A stretch of DNA of 61,342 nucleotides, counting the filler, from Stramenopiles sp. TOSAG23-6 (lineage: Eukaryota), in assembly GCA_900128565.1 (NCBI GenBank). It is 12 parts of 12 records of this genome, joined end to end, with 100 filler letters (N's around TTAATTAATTAA, not from the genome) between each part and the next. Parts side by side here need not be neighbours in the genome. Positions count along the whole stretch, not along the records: positions 10,302 to 15,343 come from LT636984.1; positions 15,444 to 20,483 come from LT636985.1; positions 20,584 to 25,620 come from LT636986.1; 9 more parts are not named here. One strand, written 5' to 3'. Position 1 is the first letter of the stretch. Each line of letters begins with the position of its first letter. The position numbers and the translations under genes are program-made. Below are positions 10,303 to 22,612 of this stretch, one piece after another. Below the pieces are notes generated by a model. It did not search any database. It was not told the DNA's origin and saw nothing but the letters and a program-made list of their open reading frames with translations.

Positions 10303-13300
10303 GTGATGTTTATTTCTGGTGATGATGTAATGTGCGTTTTCTTTTTCCTTTTTCCTGCAAAAGATGGTGGTAACTTTAAGGCGTTGTCAAAGTGGATAGG
10401 AAAAGGGAACACTAAAACGAGTGCAGCTGCTGAAGCCCAAGTTTTGCGAAATATTTGGGAGGCAATAAATCCGTTCGTTTTGCAACAATCTTCTAAAGCA
10501 ATGTCGTTAGTAATCCCTCGTAGAGTGTTGTATAGATTACAGTGTCCATTGAGCTTTAAACAGCAATCGCTATACCAGACATTAGCGAAAAAGGCAGGTC
10601 AACAAATAAAGCCTTTGTTTGGTACATTGGATGTAAAGAAGAAAAAAGGGAAAAAGTCAAAAGGTAGTTCCATGAAGTCAGTGAAGCATTTGAAAGGAGC
10701 ATCATTGATATCTCTCGTGAGCCTTCTACATAGTGTATCGCATCACCCAGCGATTATTGAAGGTGATTCTTCGGGTTCGCTTGCGGAATCTTCATTTGTG
10801 CAAATGCAACGCATAATATTCCATGCATCAAAACTGATATTATTGAATTCTACACCATTTGGGGCGGCTTATCTACCTGGTGTACCATTTTCTCCGTCGG
10901 GACTAAATGTTGTAAATAGTTTAAATCTTCTTGGGCTTGGTTTTATCATAACTAATTTAGAAAATAGTTCAAATTCTTCATTACTTGGAACTTGTTCATA
11001 TGATGTGAGAGAAAGGCGAAGAAAAATATCAAAGGTATGTGATGGCACAAGAAATAATGATGAAGCAGTTACTATTGCCGAGCAGCGTAGCGCTTCATAT
11101 GGTCGAAGATTTTTGTATGGAATACCTAAAAAGTTTGAATCAATCTATGATTTACGAGATGGATCAGATTCTCCTGTGTATAATAATAATAATCAATTAG
11201 CAGAAAGTAAAAGATCTCTTGTGTGTCCAATATATGGTCGTATGTTGCGCGATAGAGTAACTGTTGGATTACAATCACATATAATGGGTGTAGAAAAGTA
11301 TAGTACGGATTTTACGTTTCGTAGTATACTAGAAAAAAGAAAAAATAGTTTTGCTGGCAAAAAATACGCTAGAAAATGGATTTCTCATACACATCCAGCG
11401 GAAGATATGATTATAGTAACTCATCAATCAAAGTACAAATCAGTCCTAGATAGACTTGAGTGTACTAATATAGTATTTCATCCAGTTTGTGCATTTCCGC
11501 CTCGAATGGCCATTGCATCAGGTGTTCCAATCACAGGTTTACCTCGTGAATGTCGTCGTTATTCAAATAATATCATCACAGAATTATCTAGAAAACTTTC
11601 AGTATATGGCGAGTCTTTATTGCGCGTCTCACATCCTGGTCATTCTGCAATGGCCGGAAGTAAGCTGAAAGCAGCTCTCCGTATAGTTCGAGTATGTAAT
11701 AGTGGATATAGAATGGATGGTAATGTTCTAGGAAATATATTTCCCACTGATTCATCGATTTCGCGTACACAACGTAAAAATCGTAAATGTATTATATCTG
11801 CCTGGAATAGGACAATGCTTGATCAGATGTGTAGTATACTAAGTGCTTCAAGAATTACTTATCTCAGGTTTACACCTAGTAATGATAGCAATGATGTACC
11901 GCCAAGCTATATCAGAAAATTTAACAGAAATTCAGCGATTAATGTTTTTGTTTTACCTATGACTTCAAAAATTAATATGGAAAAGTTTCCTCTCATTTCG
12001 TTGTGTACGACTATTTTACTTGACAGTGATATGGCAAATGGTCTCGAAAAAGCAAAAAGCAGTCCATTATTGTGTTCGATTTCAGAACCATGGATAAATA
12101 TGTCTGTGTATTTGATATCATCTATTAATGAAGAAAATAGTGATGGCGACGTCATCAAAACGATTCGTAAATTAGAAACAGCTGTCGTAAAAGAAGGGGG
12201 GATTTCACACTCTCTTGTGAAGCGCGTCGATACATCATTATTAGATTCAGTGTCTGCAAAAGACGTAAAGACTAAAGCCAAGAAACAAACAACCAAACCA
12301 AGAGCAAAAAGGAAGCGTGGTGCAAGTACAAGTCCTTCCACTAGTGGTCGTTCTAGGGGTCGAGGTAAACGACAAAAAGTATCTGTAACTTCTGAAAAGG
12401 AAGGCAGCTCAATCGATGATGCGAGTAGTAACTCTTTTTCGACAACTTCTTTAGAAGCTAGTAATGAAATGGAGGAAGACATTGTCATTTCAAATGCAAC
12501 TATACGCTCTGAACACAGTGTTTTGGATTACGGTGTTTCTTTTGTCTCTAGTCGTGGTATATTAGATATATGTAAAACGAATAGTCATTACAGATCAAAT
12601 ACTACTACGCTGCAGCAGCACCTTGATACATTATGTGGTATAACCAGAAGACCTGACTCGAAGGATACTGAGTCTACTAGAGAAGTTCAATTAGTGAGTG
12701 CAACGAATAGTTTTTTATCCACTCAAAATGATTCAAAATTTTCTTCTACGGATCCAGCCAGTACCTCGATGATAGGACAGAAGGACAAAAGAGACAACAC
12801 AATTATAGATTCTCTCAGTCACTCTGATTCTGAATTATTTTACAGTGTTCCTGGAAATGATGGTGTTTCATGGATGAATCGTTTACAGTTGGGTTTCAAT
12901 CAAGAAATATTTCGACTCAATAAATGGCTAAAAATAGATCGATTTCTTGGAATATATGGTCCGCCTTTACTACCACCATTAAAACCTAAACATATGAATC
13001 AAAAAGAAAAGAAAGATATTGATGTTATGATACCTCCTTGGACTAATGAAGTTTCTTGGAGTGTCCCTGTTGATGTTACTTATGGAAAAAGTGACAATAC
13101 TAAACAAACGAAACTAGATGTGTATGGTTGTCCCAAAGTTAAAAAGACAGACTCAGAAGAAGTTAAAGAGTTATGTATTAAAAGTTTTATTCGAAAAGAA
13201 GATTCTGACATTTACAATGATCCGATGTATATAGATGGAGGGAAGGAATACATGGAACCGTCGGCACCTTTACGAGATAATAACTCATATAGTAGATACA

Positions 13301-14733
13301 ATAACCAAAATCAACAGGGAAAGAATAACATCAATACGGATAGTGTACGATATCGACAATTTAATGGAGTACTTCCTACATATAGAATCAGAGGAGGCAA
13401 TAGTGGTAATCACCCCTTTAGTTCAAGTACTATACCACAAGATTCTATTAGACGACGTATGCCTAGAGCTCAAACTGGTAGTGCTGCAACCAAAGTACTC
13501 AAAGCAAGACTCACTAGTGAGCAGCAAATTCGAGATGGAGAAACAAAAAAGAAAAAACTAAAAGAAGCCCATTTACTTAAATCATTCTTCTTTTCGGCTA
13601 AAGATCCTGACACATTAGCTGCAAATCTTTCACTGGAGAATTCAAATGAAGATGACAATCTACCTGTTGAACCTATAGAACCAGTAAAGAAAAGTCGAGC
13701 GAGTATTGCTCGTAGTCGCGCGCGTGCTCGAGCAGGTGTTTCATGGTCACTTCAAGAGGACAATAAATTACTTCGTGGCGTTGAAAGATATGGATATAAT
13801 TGGGATTTAATTGCCTCATTACTGCAAAGAGAGTCACCGTTAATTCGTCACGAACGTTCTATTCATGATTGTCGTCTTAGATTTATTGCTTTGGAAGGAT
13901 TTCCGCAGAATGTAAAGAACTTGATGAAAGAATACGAAAAAAGAAAAAGTGCTAAGAAGAACTCTTTGGTTTCTTCTAACACTTCTACGATCGCGGACAA
14001 TACGAAGGTAAATACGCTTGCAGAGTCATCATCAACAGAAAAAACTGATATAGCTCCGTTGAATACTCAAAAAAAAACCAAGAGACCTCCCAATTTTAAG
14101 TTAAGTTTGCCTCCTCTTAAACGACCAAAGAGAAATGAAAGCTCTACATCAAACTCTTTGCAATTACTTAAACTTGTTCCAGATTCTGCGGTGAAACAAT
14201 TATCGATTATTGGTGCTCAACAGGCTTCTATTGGAGTACCTGGTTTATCTGCCCCAGTGATTGCACAAATTACTGGCATATCTCATGGTGGAATGGGACC
14301 GGCAAATGGTTGTAGTAGTATTACACATAGTAGATATGGCATTGGAGGGGGTACTCCAAATATTCCTCCTGTAGATGTACCATATGATGATCCTGCAGGA
14401 AATAGTATAGCGTATACATTACCTAGATATCGTGGACCTTCAGGTGTATATGTACACATTCAAGAGGCTATGGGTAATAAGCCAAGACCTTCGGTAATTC
14501 CAGGTATGGATGGTAATGTACCGATGTCAATCACTCCTGTGCATCCATCTCATTCTGCAGCTGGAGTTGCTGCGAGAATGAATAGTAGTATCATTCAACC
14601 TATTGGTGGTGATATTCTCAACGAGTATATTACACCCGCAACTGTTATTGATGATAGAAAGGCACAGAAGAAAAAGGAAGAAGCAAAACGACGTGAAAAA
14701 TTACGACAAAAACAAAATAGTGTTGCTGCATAA
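10303..14733 (+). CDS. p400/SWR1/EAF1-like chromatin protein: degenerate split SNF2 helicase C-half plus SANT/Myb domain, 5'-partial
   Basis: CPLSFKQQSLY, HHPAI, GSKLKAALRIV, RKCII...MLDQM...ITYLRF and WSLQEDNKLLRGVERYGYNWDLIASLL...RSIHDCRLRF. Confidence 0.65.
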   Translation: MMFISGDDVMCVFFFLFPAKDGGNFKALSKWIGKGNTKTSAAAEAQVLRNIWEAINPFVLQQSSKAMSLVIPRRVLYRLQCPLSFKQQSLYQTLAKKAGQQIKPLFGTLDVKKKKGKKSKGSSMKSVKHLKGASLISLVSLLHSVSHHPAIIEGDSSGSLAESSFVQMQRIIFHASKLILLNSTPFGAAYLPGVPFSPSGLNVVNSLNLLGLGFIITNLENSSNSSLLGTCSYDVRERRRKISKVCDGTRNNDEAVTIAEQRSASYGRRFLYGIPKKFESIYDLRDGSDSPVYNNNNQLAESKRSLVCPIYGRMLRDRVTVGLQSHIMGVEKYSTDFTFRSILEKRKNSFAGKKYARKWISHTHPAEDMIIVTHQSKYKSVLDRLECTNIVFHPVCAFPPRMAIASGVPITGLPRECRRYSNNIITELSRKLSVYGESLLRVSHPGHSAMAGSKLKAALRIVRVCNSGYRMDGNVLGNIFPTDSSISRTQRKNRKCIISAWNRTMLDQMCSILSASRITYLRFTPSNDSNDVPPSYIRKFNRNSAINVFVLPMTSKINMEKFPLISLCTTILLDSDMANGLEKAKSSPLLCSISEPWINMSVYLISSINEENSDGDVIKTIRKLETAVVKEGGISHSLVKRVDTSLLDSVSAKDVKTKAKKQTTKPRAKRKRGASTSPSTSGRSRGRGKRQKVSVTSEKEGSSIDDASSNSFSTTSLEASNEMEEDIVISNATIRSEHSVLDYGVSFVSSRGILDICKTNSHYRSNTTTLQQHLDTLCGITRRPDSKDTESTREVQLVSATNSFLSTQNDSKFSSTDPASTSMIGQKDKRDNTIIDSLSHSDSELFYSVPGNDGVSWMNRLQLGFNQEIFRLNKWLKIDRFLGIYGPPLLPPLKPKHMNQKEKKDIDVMIPPWTNEVSWSVPVDVTYGKSDNTKQTKLDVYGCPKVKKTDSEEVKELCIKSFIRKEDSDIYNDPMYIDGGKEYMEPSAPLRDNNSYSRYNNQNQQGKNNINTDSVRYRQFNGVLPTYRIRGGNSGNHPFSSSTIPQDSIRRRMPRAQTGSAATKVLKARLTSEQQIRDGETKKKKLKEAHLLKSFFFSAKDPDTLAANLSLENSNEDDNLPVEPIEPVKKSRASIARSRARARAGVSWSLQEDNKLLRGVERYGYNWDLIASLLQRESPLIRHERSIHDCRLRFIALEGFPQNVKNLMKEYEKRKSAKKNSLVSSNTSTIADNTKVNTLAESSSTEKTDIAPLNTQKKTKRPPNFKLSLPPLKRPKRNESSTSNSLQLLKLVPDSAVKQLSIIGAQQASIGVPGLSAPVIAQITGISHGGMGPANGCSSITHSRYGIGGGTPNIPPVDVPYDDPAGNSIAYTLPRYRGPSGVYVHIQEAMGNKPRPSVIPGMDGNVPMSITPVHPSHSAAGVAARMNSSIIQPIGGDILNEYITPATVIDDRKAQKKKEEAKRREKLRQKQNSVAA

Positions 14734-15443
14734 TTTTTGTTCATTATAAATGATAAATTTTTAATTATTTTTTTAAATTTCCAATCCTAATACGACAGTA
14801 GTAATTGACATTAGTAATTTAGACGTCGTTAAACTTTGGGTGACTGAATATTCAATATTAGCTAAGAAGTGTAAAATATATTTATGCATCAAAATAGGTC
14901 AAAAAAAAGAATGTGGGTTCTTGGTTGCGGAAATGATCTCTTAGCTCTAAAACGTATAAGAATGAATAGAAATTCTACGACTGCTAATGTTATATTTGAA
15001 TTACCTATAGCTAGTGATGAATACAATAATAAAGGATTCCCTTTGTTAGCCCTAACCCTAATACTTTTATTGTGGTACTCCCATCATACTTTAATGCTCC
15101 CAGCACGTGAACGAACCTGCACTTTACTTTTTTTCGACGACGCATCAATCATTCGCCTCATAAAAAAAAATCATAAAAAAAACTTTATTATAAAAAAGAT
15201 GGAGAGATTTAGATTGTGTTTCTTGATTCTGTGGTTTTGAGGAAAACCAACCTAATTGAAGGCTCACGCCATTCAATTACGCTCCCGACAAGTCGTTAAG
15301 ACAAGTCAGGACTAGAAAACAAGTAACTATTTATGAATCGGAGNNNNNNNNNNNNNNNNNNNNNNNNNNNNNNNNNNNNNNNNNNNNTTAATTAATTAAN
15401 NNNNNNNNNNNNNNNNNNNNNNNNNNNNNNNNNNNNNNNNNNN

Positions 15444-16035
15444 GCTGATAAAGATACAAAACTAGCACACCAAGCAATGATAAAAGCAAAAGAGCATGTT
15501 CTTTTGCTTTTTCCAAGGCCTCGCATAGTACCTTTTGTTGCATATCTGTAGTTTCTTTCAACTTTCTTGATAAATCCTTCTCCAACTCAGTTGCATGTTC
15601 TTTCGCATACTGTAGTGCAAGCTGTGCTGCTGCGGCATTATTTTCCGCAACTTTGTTCAAACTCTTTGCCACTGACATGGCTTTTCCTATCGTCGCATTT
15701 TTTACGTTTTCTGCTGCTTGTAAAGCTTTCCGTTGTAGGTAAGGATAATGAAACTCAAGAGATTTTACTCCAATATGCATAGAAGTTACTTTTGCATGAG
15801 CCTTCGCCAGGAAGCCGTGGTGTTTCAATAAGGTATCATCATGGTGAGGACTTAAATCAATAGGATTTGAGTTGGTTTCGTTATCAGTATTGCTATGAGC
15901 TTCAACATCTTTTAAATCATTTAGTTGGTGGTCGACGTTGGTTACTCCAAGTCTATCACTATCAAAATCAGACTCAAAGTCAGACTCTGTCCAATGATCA
16001 GATTCTGTTTCTATGGGTGGACTCAATTTAGCCAT
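15444..16035 (-). CDS. Hypothetical coiled-coil protein, 3'-partial
   Basis: ORF runs into the linker. Confidence 0.55.
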
Positions 16036-16310
16036 TTTATTAAAAAAATATAAATTCACTTAATAGAACATGCAATGTATTAAAGAATTTGGATCCACTC
16101 AATATATCATGCCATATACTTCATTTTATTTTCAGTAGGACAGTCTTGTAGTCTAGACTAGTAGATACCGCTACAGTTCCGACCGTTAAATTCGTAACGT
16201 TCATATGGGTGAGCCGATCGGAGTACCGTACACAGGTACTTATTTTCTCTGAAAATGATTATTTATGAATTTGTTTAAATATGCAAGTCATTTTCCGATA
16301 AGTAAGTAGC

Positions 16311-18723
16311 ATGTCGACATTCCGAAATACAACAGATAAGGCAAACAATATAGCAGAAAAAATTGAAGATAGTCGCTGGAAGTATAAGGAAGGTCCAGGT
16401 CCAAGAGGTCCAGGTAGATGGCAAATTCCAATATTCAATGAAGACAAGCCATTAGAAAATGATCCAAATTTAGTGGGAAAAAAATATTTTCACCTAGCAG
16501 AAGAAGATATAAAAGGAGGCAAGTCAGAATGGGAAAAACATCAGGTAGTTGTCGAACAAAACCGCGAGAGAAAAAGACGCCGCAAAATTGCTGGTTTACC
16601 ACCAGATGAAAACGAGCATATTCCAGGAAAGACGTGGGAAGTTGTATATCAGGGGAAAACATATGTTGGAAGCATAGTTCAACAAGACGTCCAAACAGGA
16701 GTACTAAAAGCTCGTACGTACGATGGGATTGTTGAGCGACCACCGACCCCACTTATTACGCAGGAAAACCTTATGAAACTGCAAGGACATGCACGAAGGA
16801 AAGCAGAAGAAAAGATTCGGATGCTTTCAAAGATAGAAAGAGCGAGAAGACGAAAATTACTTACAGAAGAAACGCGCATGATTCAAATGACTATCAATAA
16901 GGAAGACGACAAACTTTCAGGCAGCAGTTCTGACGGATCTAATATTTCTGATAGGCCAGGAGAAGGATTTTATGCAAGAGAAAAACGCCTTCTAAAGCAC
17001 CAAGCGGGCAGAGTTGCAGCACGACGTAGAAGAAGGCGTTTAAAGCGCCCAGATGGAAAAGGAGATAAAGATGAGCGAAATTTTTTGTTAAAGGAGTGCT
17101 TACATGGAGTAGATGGCTATAAGCATGGTAAGCGAAGAAAAAATAAAATAGAAAAAGACGGTCATACGAAGCGAATATTAGGACCAAAAACAAAACTTGC
17201 AGTGAGTGACAGTGTGAAAGTATCGAAATCTGCAGAGGGTGTTGGTGCGAATGGTGAGTTTTCTTCGGAAGAGTCAGATACGCTTCCTTCCCAAAAACTT
17301 CTTCAGGAACAAAGGAAGGAAGCTTCCCGTGTGCGTAAGAATAATCCAACTCCTGGGATTTGGAAACCGAGGAGGGAAAAAATTAATACTTTTAAGTATG
17401 CAAACCGTCGCAATCGCTGTAAAGGTCAGTTAGATGTTTCTAAGGATACAATTAACCTTTTAAGGGACCCCCCCCCCAGCGAGATACTACGGACCCAATG
17501 CGACAGATGGACACAACTGGTCAGAGAAACAACAGTCTTTATTAACACATGGAGTAAAAATAATCGAATCGGTATCAAAAGGTCGCCCCCCAGCTCCCAC
17601 AACTACGCCCCCGAGAAATTCACCGGCTGGGATTCTTTTGTGTTCAAAAGAACAAGAAAGCAAAACTTATAAAAAGATAGGTCCGACAGGGACCGAAGTG
17701 TGGGACTGGGGGTTCAAGACTAATGACGATGTTATAAAAGATGGGAAGCTCGTAACATACTACGCATCTGAACTTGGAAGACGTGATGCCGAAGAGGCAG
17801 AAAAACTTAGAAATAGTCTTTCGAGATTTAGGAAAGGTCATTTGGAGCCTCATCGAAGTAAAAATGTTCCGTATAGCCCCGTATCACCTATACGAAATAA
17901 TAAATCTACATTCACTGAGCCTCATACAATGAAAATTTATAGAAATACGCCAGAGCACCAGCACAGAATATCACTAATACAGTGTTTTCGAACAAAGAAT
18001 CCTGATAAATATTATGTGATGGTTGGGAAATCTCTAACCAAGGGGTTCATCAATGGTATCATTCATGCTATTGCATTTGATGAAAGGAAAGACGCAATCG
18101 TTTGCGTAAAATGCTGTCACAACCCAACCCCCGAAAAATTGCCTACATATATTCTTCAAAATAGCACTGACGTTGAGGGTTATGCATTTGGAAGTTCAGT
18201 GTTTATTAATGTGAATGCTATGGGAAAGAAAGCCGAGTATTCAGTTTACGCAAAAGATTTCCGTAACCAAGTTTTAGTTCTCAAATTAAAATCAGAATCT
18301 CATTTACAGAATAAACACAAAGAACTCAAAGATAATTCCATAGTTTCACCTATTAGAGTAAATCGGGGTTCTAAAAAAAGTCTTCCCAAAGGTCAAGTTA
18401 CACCTCTTGATCGCCATTGGGATGTAGAAGGTGCCACAAAAGTAGTTGATAAATTTTCTGAATGTAGTTATAGCAGTATAAGTAGCAGTATAAGTAGCAG
18501 TGATAGTACCGATAGTGCTGAAACATTCACATTAGAAAGTGACTTGATGCTAGCTGGTAAATCATTGAATGTGTCTTTCCTCCTGTTCATAAAAGTTGTG
18601 ACACTTTTTCTAGCCAATGAACTTTGTTTTTCGGACCCACTAATTTTCATCTTTTTAGATAAACTTCCGTTTCCCCGCCAGAGCAACATCACTTCTTCTT
18701 TAGACATTCTTCCTAACTCTTGA
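16311..18723 (+). CDS. Hypothetical protein; two ORFs joined by a probable frameshift in the poly-C run at ~17468-17477
   Basis: The alternative frame after the C-run (PARYYGPNATDGHNW...) is open into ORF 17638-18723. Confidence 0.55.
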
Positions 18724-20483
18724 TTATCTGCACCACATAGAGGACAGTATCGCGGTACAATGTTTGTTGATGAAGAATGCAGAGGTCGTCTGCACCCAAG
18801 GCATAAACCTCTTGGTGGCCAATGACCAACACCAGCATTGAGGGGGTATCTATTTTTGCCTTTTCTATACTCGTTGCCCAATGCGGCAAATTTTTGGATG
18901 GTAGCATTTTCTCTTTCCTGTAATAATTTTTCGCGGGTGTCGTTAGAATAAACATCTTGTAACCATTTTTGTCCTTTCCAGCCTTTGCGATTGGTGATAT
19001 CTGATCCTTCGATTTCAGTTTTTCCTTGTGCTTTTCGCTGTGCATTCAGTCGAGGATATAAACCTATCAAAAGTTTGCAAAATTCAGCAGATTCAAAACG
19101 AGATCCCATCTTTGCGCAGATATCCATAAGTTTTTCAATTGATGAAATTTCACCTTCCAGATCACAAGCCTCGCGAGACATTTCTAAACATTTCTGGTAT
19201 TGATTGTAACTTGCACGATAAGCACCAAAGCGCCGATAGGCTTCACCAAGATGAGAACGCATACGAACCTCTAAGATGCTATCCCCATCACCACTACTCA
19301 CCGGGTCTCCATTTTGATCAAACTTGATCATATGACTAGACTTCCCCAGAGATTGTGCCTCTGTTGCAGCAGCTAGAGCCTTTCGACTTGCCCTTAAGCA
19401 AGAATTCTTTTGCTGACGCACTCGAAAAGCATCTCCTAGCGCTGCCCAACAAATCGCCGCCATTTGTTTCTTTCGAAGAATAGGGTCTGCTAGCATCATC
19501 TCATTTTCATCCAAATGGCCATCTGAGTCTACAACACGGCTATAACCGTAATGATGACAATACTGTTCAGGTCTCATGACTTTTAAGCACAACTTATGAG
19601 CACGTGTTGCATTTTCAAGACAGTCATCCAGTAAATCTTGACGTTCTTTACCAGAAATCCTAGAATCATCAAGAGACGGTAAATTATTTTCAATGGTAGC
19701 AAGAAGCTTCCAAATTTCATGATCAACTCGTTGCTCCCTTATTCGATTGGATCGATCAATAATTGCTCGGTATTTAGGATCGGTGGCTATAAATTTATCA
19801 AACACTCCGCGCGGAAATGCGATACACTCAATATGCCTACCGAATGCCATTGCTTTCTTCATAGCGTTGCGTGCTCGAGCATCCGCAATACTCTGCATTG
19901 CTTCCTCTTTGGCTTTCGCTTCTTTTTCTTCTTTGCTTAGGTCTTCGATATTTTGTTTCTTTTTCCGAGAAAGTCCAAACCTATTTGCGCCCCCAATCCC
20001 TGCAGCTTTCGCTGCTCGGCTTGATAAACCAGCTGTAGGATGATCTTTCATAAGTTTTGCTGCAATCCTTTGCTCCCTTAATAAAGCTTCCTCGGCTTCT
20101 TCTGCAGGAGATGCACCAGCAATAAAACTACTACTTCTCCTACCTAAATCTGCGCAAACTTGTAGCGACGACACACCAAGGCGTCTATCACGCGCTTGTG
20201 CTTCTTTTTCCAAGTGAAAGAGGTTCTTCATTTCATCTCTCATCGACTGAACAGATTTTTGAGCAGCTTTTACACGGTCTTCTTCTCTACTTTGTTCAGG
20301 TTTTGCAGCCACAAGGGCAAGCTCCGCCTCCTCAATTTCGCGTCTACATGTTGCAATAATTTCTTTCTGTCTGTCTATTTCATTTTGTGTATTTTTACGA
20401 TGCCTTTCCGCAGCCTGTAGACTACCTCCAGCTAAATACAAAGCTTGCTCTATCTGTTTTTCCATTTTTGGAATTTGTTTGTG
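18468..20483 (-). CDS. Coiled-coil plus TPR-like protein with C-terminal CxxC..CxxC zinc ribbon, 5'-partial
   Basis: HLGEAYRRFGAYRASYNQYQKCLEMSRE (TPR-like); CLGC...CPLCG. Confidence 0.6.
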   Translation of the reverse strand, partial: HKQIPKMEKQIEQALYLAGGSLQAAERHRKNTQNEIDRQKEIIATCRREIEEAELALVAAKPEQSREEDRVKAAQKSVQSMRDEMKNLFHLEKEAQARDRRLGVSSLQVCADLGRRSSSFIAGASPAEEAEEALLREQRIAAKLMKDHPTAGLSSRAAKAAGIGGANRFGLSRKKKQNIEDLSKEEKEAKAKEEAMQSIADARARNAMKKAMAFGRHIECIAFPRGVFDKFIATDPKYRAIIDRSNRIREQRVDHEIWKLLATIENNLPSLDDSRISGKERQDLLDDCLENATRAHKLCLKVMRPEQYCHHYGYSRVVDSDGHLDENEMMLADPILRKKQMAAICWAALGDAFRVRQQKNSCLRASRKALAAATEAQSLGKSSHMIKFDQNGDPVSSGDGDSILEVRMRSHLGEAYRRFGAYRASYNQYQKCLEMSREACDLEGEISSIEKLMDICAKMGSRFESAEFCKLLIGLYPRLNAQRKAQGKTEIEGSDITNRKGWKGQKWLQDVYSNDTREKLLQERENATIQKFAALGNEYRKGKNRYPLNAGVGHWPPRGLCLGCRRPLHSSSTNIVPRYCPLCGADNQELGRMSKEEVMLLWRGNGSLSKKMKISGSEKQSSLARKSVTTFMNRRKDTFNDLPASIKSLSNVNVSALSVLSLLLILLLILL

Positions 20484-20583
20484 NNNNNNNNNNNNNNNNN
20501 NNNNNNNNNNNNNNNNNNNNNNNNNNNTTAATTAATTAANNNNNNNNNNNNNNNNNNNNNNNNNNNNNNNNNNNNNNNNNNNN

Positions 20584-20740
20584 GACTTTCTTTTGATTAA
20601 GACATTCTTTTTGATTAAGACTTTCTTTTGATTAAGACATTCTTTTTGATTAAGACTTTCTTTTGATTAAGACATTCTTTTTGATTAAGATTTTCTTTTG
20701 ATTAAGACATTCTTTTTGATTAAGATTTTCTTTTGATTCT
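20584..20740. repeat. Minisatellite, alternating 17/18-bp units
   Basis: (gactttcttttgattaa gacattctttttgattaa)n at the contig start. Confidence 0.9.
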
Positions 20741-21279
20741 GAATGAATTTTTAGTTCCTGTTTTGATTATTTAAAATCATCTATACTGAAGACGATTAGG
20801 GAAGTCAAACACGGATTTTTCTGGAAAATAAAGGATTGATTATTCATTTTAACCCCATTTTGAATATATCAAGTATCCTGTTTCTTTTTATATAATTCCA
20901 TTTCGTTGGAAAATAAAGGATTGATTATTTCCGGTTTATTCTGTTACCGTTTTGATTATATCAAGTATCCTGTTTCTTTTTATATAATTCCATTTGTTTT
21001 TGATTCCGCTGAATTTTTCATTAACTTTCCTATACTACTCTTATTTGTACTACACTACGTTATGATATTTTTGCATTGATCTCTATCCAAACATTTTGAT
21101 ATTCATGTGCCCTCATCTCGACACCCTTTCCATACTAAGTAGTATATTACGTCTAATATTACGTACATTTTATAAAATCATTTAATTCCATAAATTTCCA
21201 ATGTATAAAGCAACACAACCATTTTCATTTCCTATTTTCATTTCCTAATAGATTAAAATACACTTTATGAATTATTTCC

Positions 21280-22400
21280 ATTTCGAATGTTTTCATTATA
21301 TTGTGATATAAACAAATTGTTAAATAGGATTAGTACAATGAATCAGAGGAGACGGGCGCATCCCGTTTTTTTTTCTTGTTCTTGTTGCCTTTGAGTGAGG
21401 CGTGAGTGTTGCCTTCGAGTGAGGCGTGAATGAGTACGTTGGTGCTCCTCTAGAGCCCGTGTGTCACTTCTTGTAGTTCCTGTATGGTATGCCTCGTCAG
21501 CTATACCATCGGAGTTGTTCTAAGTATATTCTCTATACTTGTCTTGTTAAAAATAAAAACCTCAACACGACTGCATTTACTAAGTATAACCTACCTTATT
21601 TTTGTATTCTCTTCCATATATTAGATTCCCAATTTCGAATGTTTTCATTACATTGTGAAATAAATAAAATGTTACAAAGAATTAGTACAATGAATCAGAG
21701 GAGACGGGCGGAAGCAACCCGTTGTTTTTAACCATTTCGAGTACTTCGGTTTATCCTTATTAAAAACCTGAAGACAATTCAATTGCTACACTCTTATCGT
21801 TGAGTGAGACTTTTTAACATATTCTTACTACATACCCAGAGTAAAGGGACCCATTTTAACTTAGGGATTTTTATCATATTCGTACTACATAGCCCTCTAG
21901 TAAAGGGACCCAGTCAAAGCTGCCAAAGAGAAGAAGAAAGCAGATTAACTAGGGATTTTTATCATTCATTCGCATTACCTCAACACGACTGCATTAACTA
22001 AGTATAACTTACCTTTTTTAAAATTGAATATTCTCTTCCATATATATTAGATTCCAAATTTCGAATGTTTCATTCATTATATTGTGATATAAACAAATTG
22101 TTACATAGGATTAGTACAATGAATCAGAGGAGACGGGCGCATCCCGTTTTTTTTTCAAATACCTCGGTTGAATAACCGGTAAAACTATTAATTGCTCCAC
22201 TACTTCTGAGTGAGTCTTACTAAATAATTGCTCCACTACTTCTGAGTGAGTCTTACTTATTATTATTATTACTAAATACCCTTCAAACAGGGACCTACAC
22301 CAAGTAGGTTTTTTTCTAAAAAAACAACCTCAACACGACTGCATTTACTAAGTATAACCTACCTTATACAATTGAGTATTCTCTCTTGTATTCTCTTCTA
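21280..22400. repeat. Three interspersed direct-repeat modules, non-coding
   Basis: ...attagtacaatgaatcagaggagacgggcg at ~21330, 21680 and 22110; cctcaacacgactgcatt(t/a)actaagtataac at ~21560, 21980 and 22330. Confidence 0.85.
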
Positions 22401-22612
22401 TATAGTATGTATATGAATTATATATTCACACAATAATTAGGACAATCATTAGGACTCACAACCACCATGACCAGTACAACATTTTAGACAACATTTTAGA
22501 CAATAATTAGGACAATAATTAGGACAATAGTTAGGACAATAATTAGGACTCACAACTTCCATGACCAGTAGAACAACCAGTAGAACAACCAGTACAACAT
22601 TTTAGACAATAA

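Noticed and set aside
20584-22400. CRISPR-like array
   Set aside because: No constant repeat with unique equal-length spacers, no cas genes, eukaryotic context.
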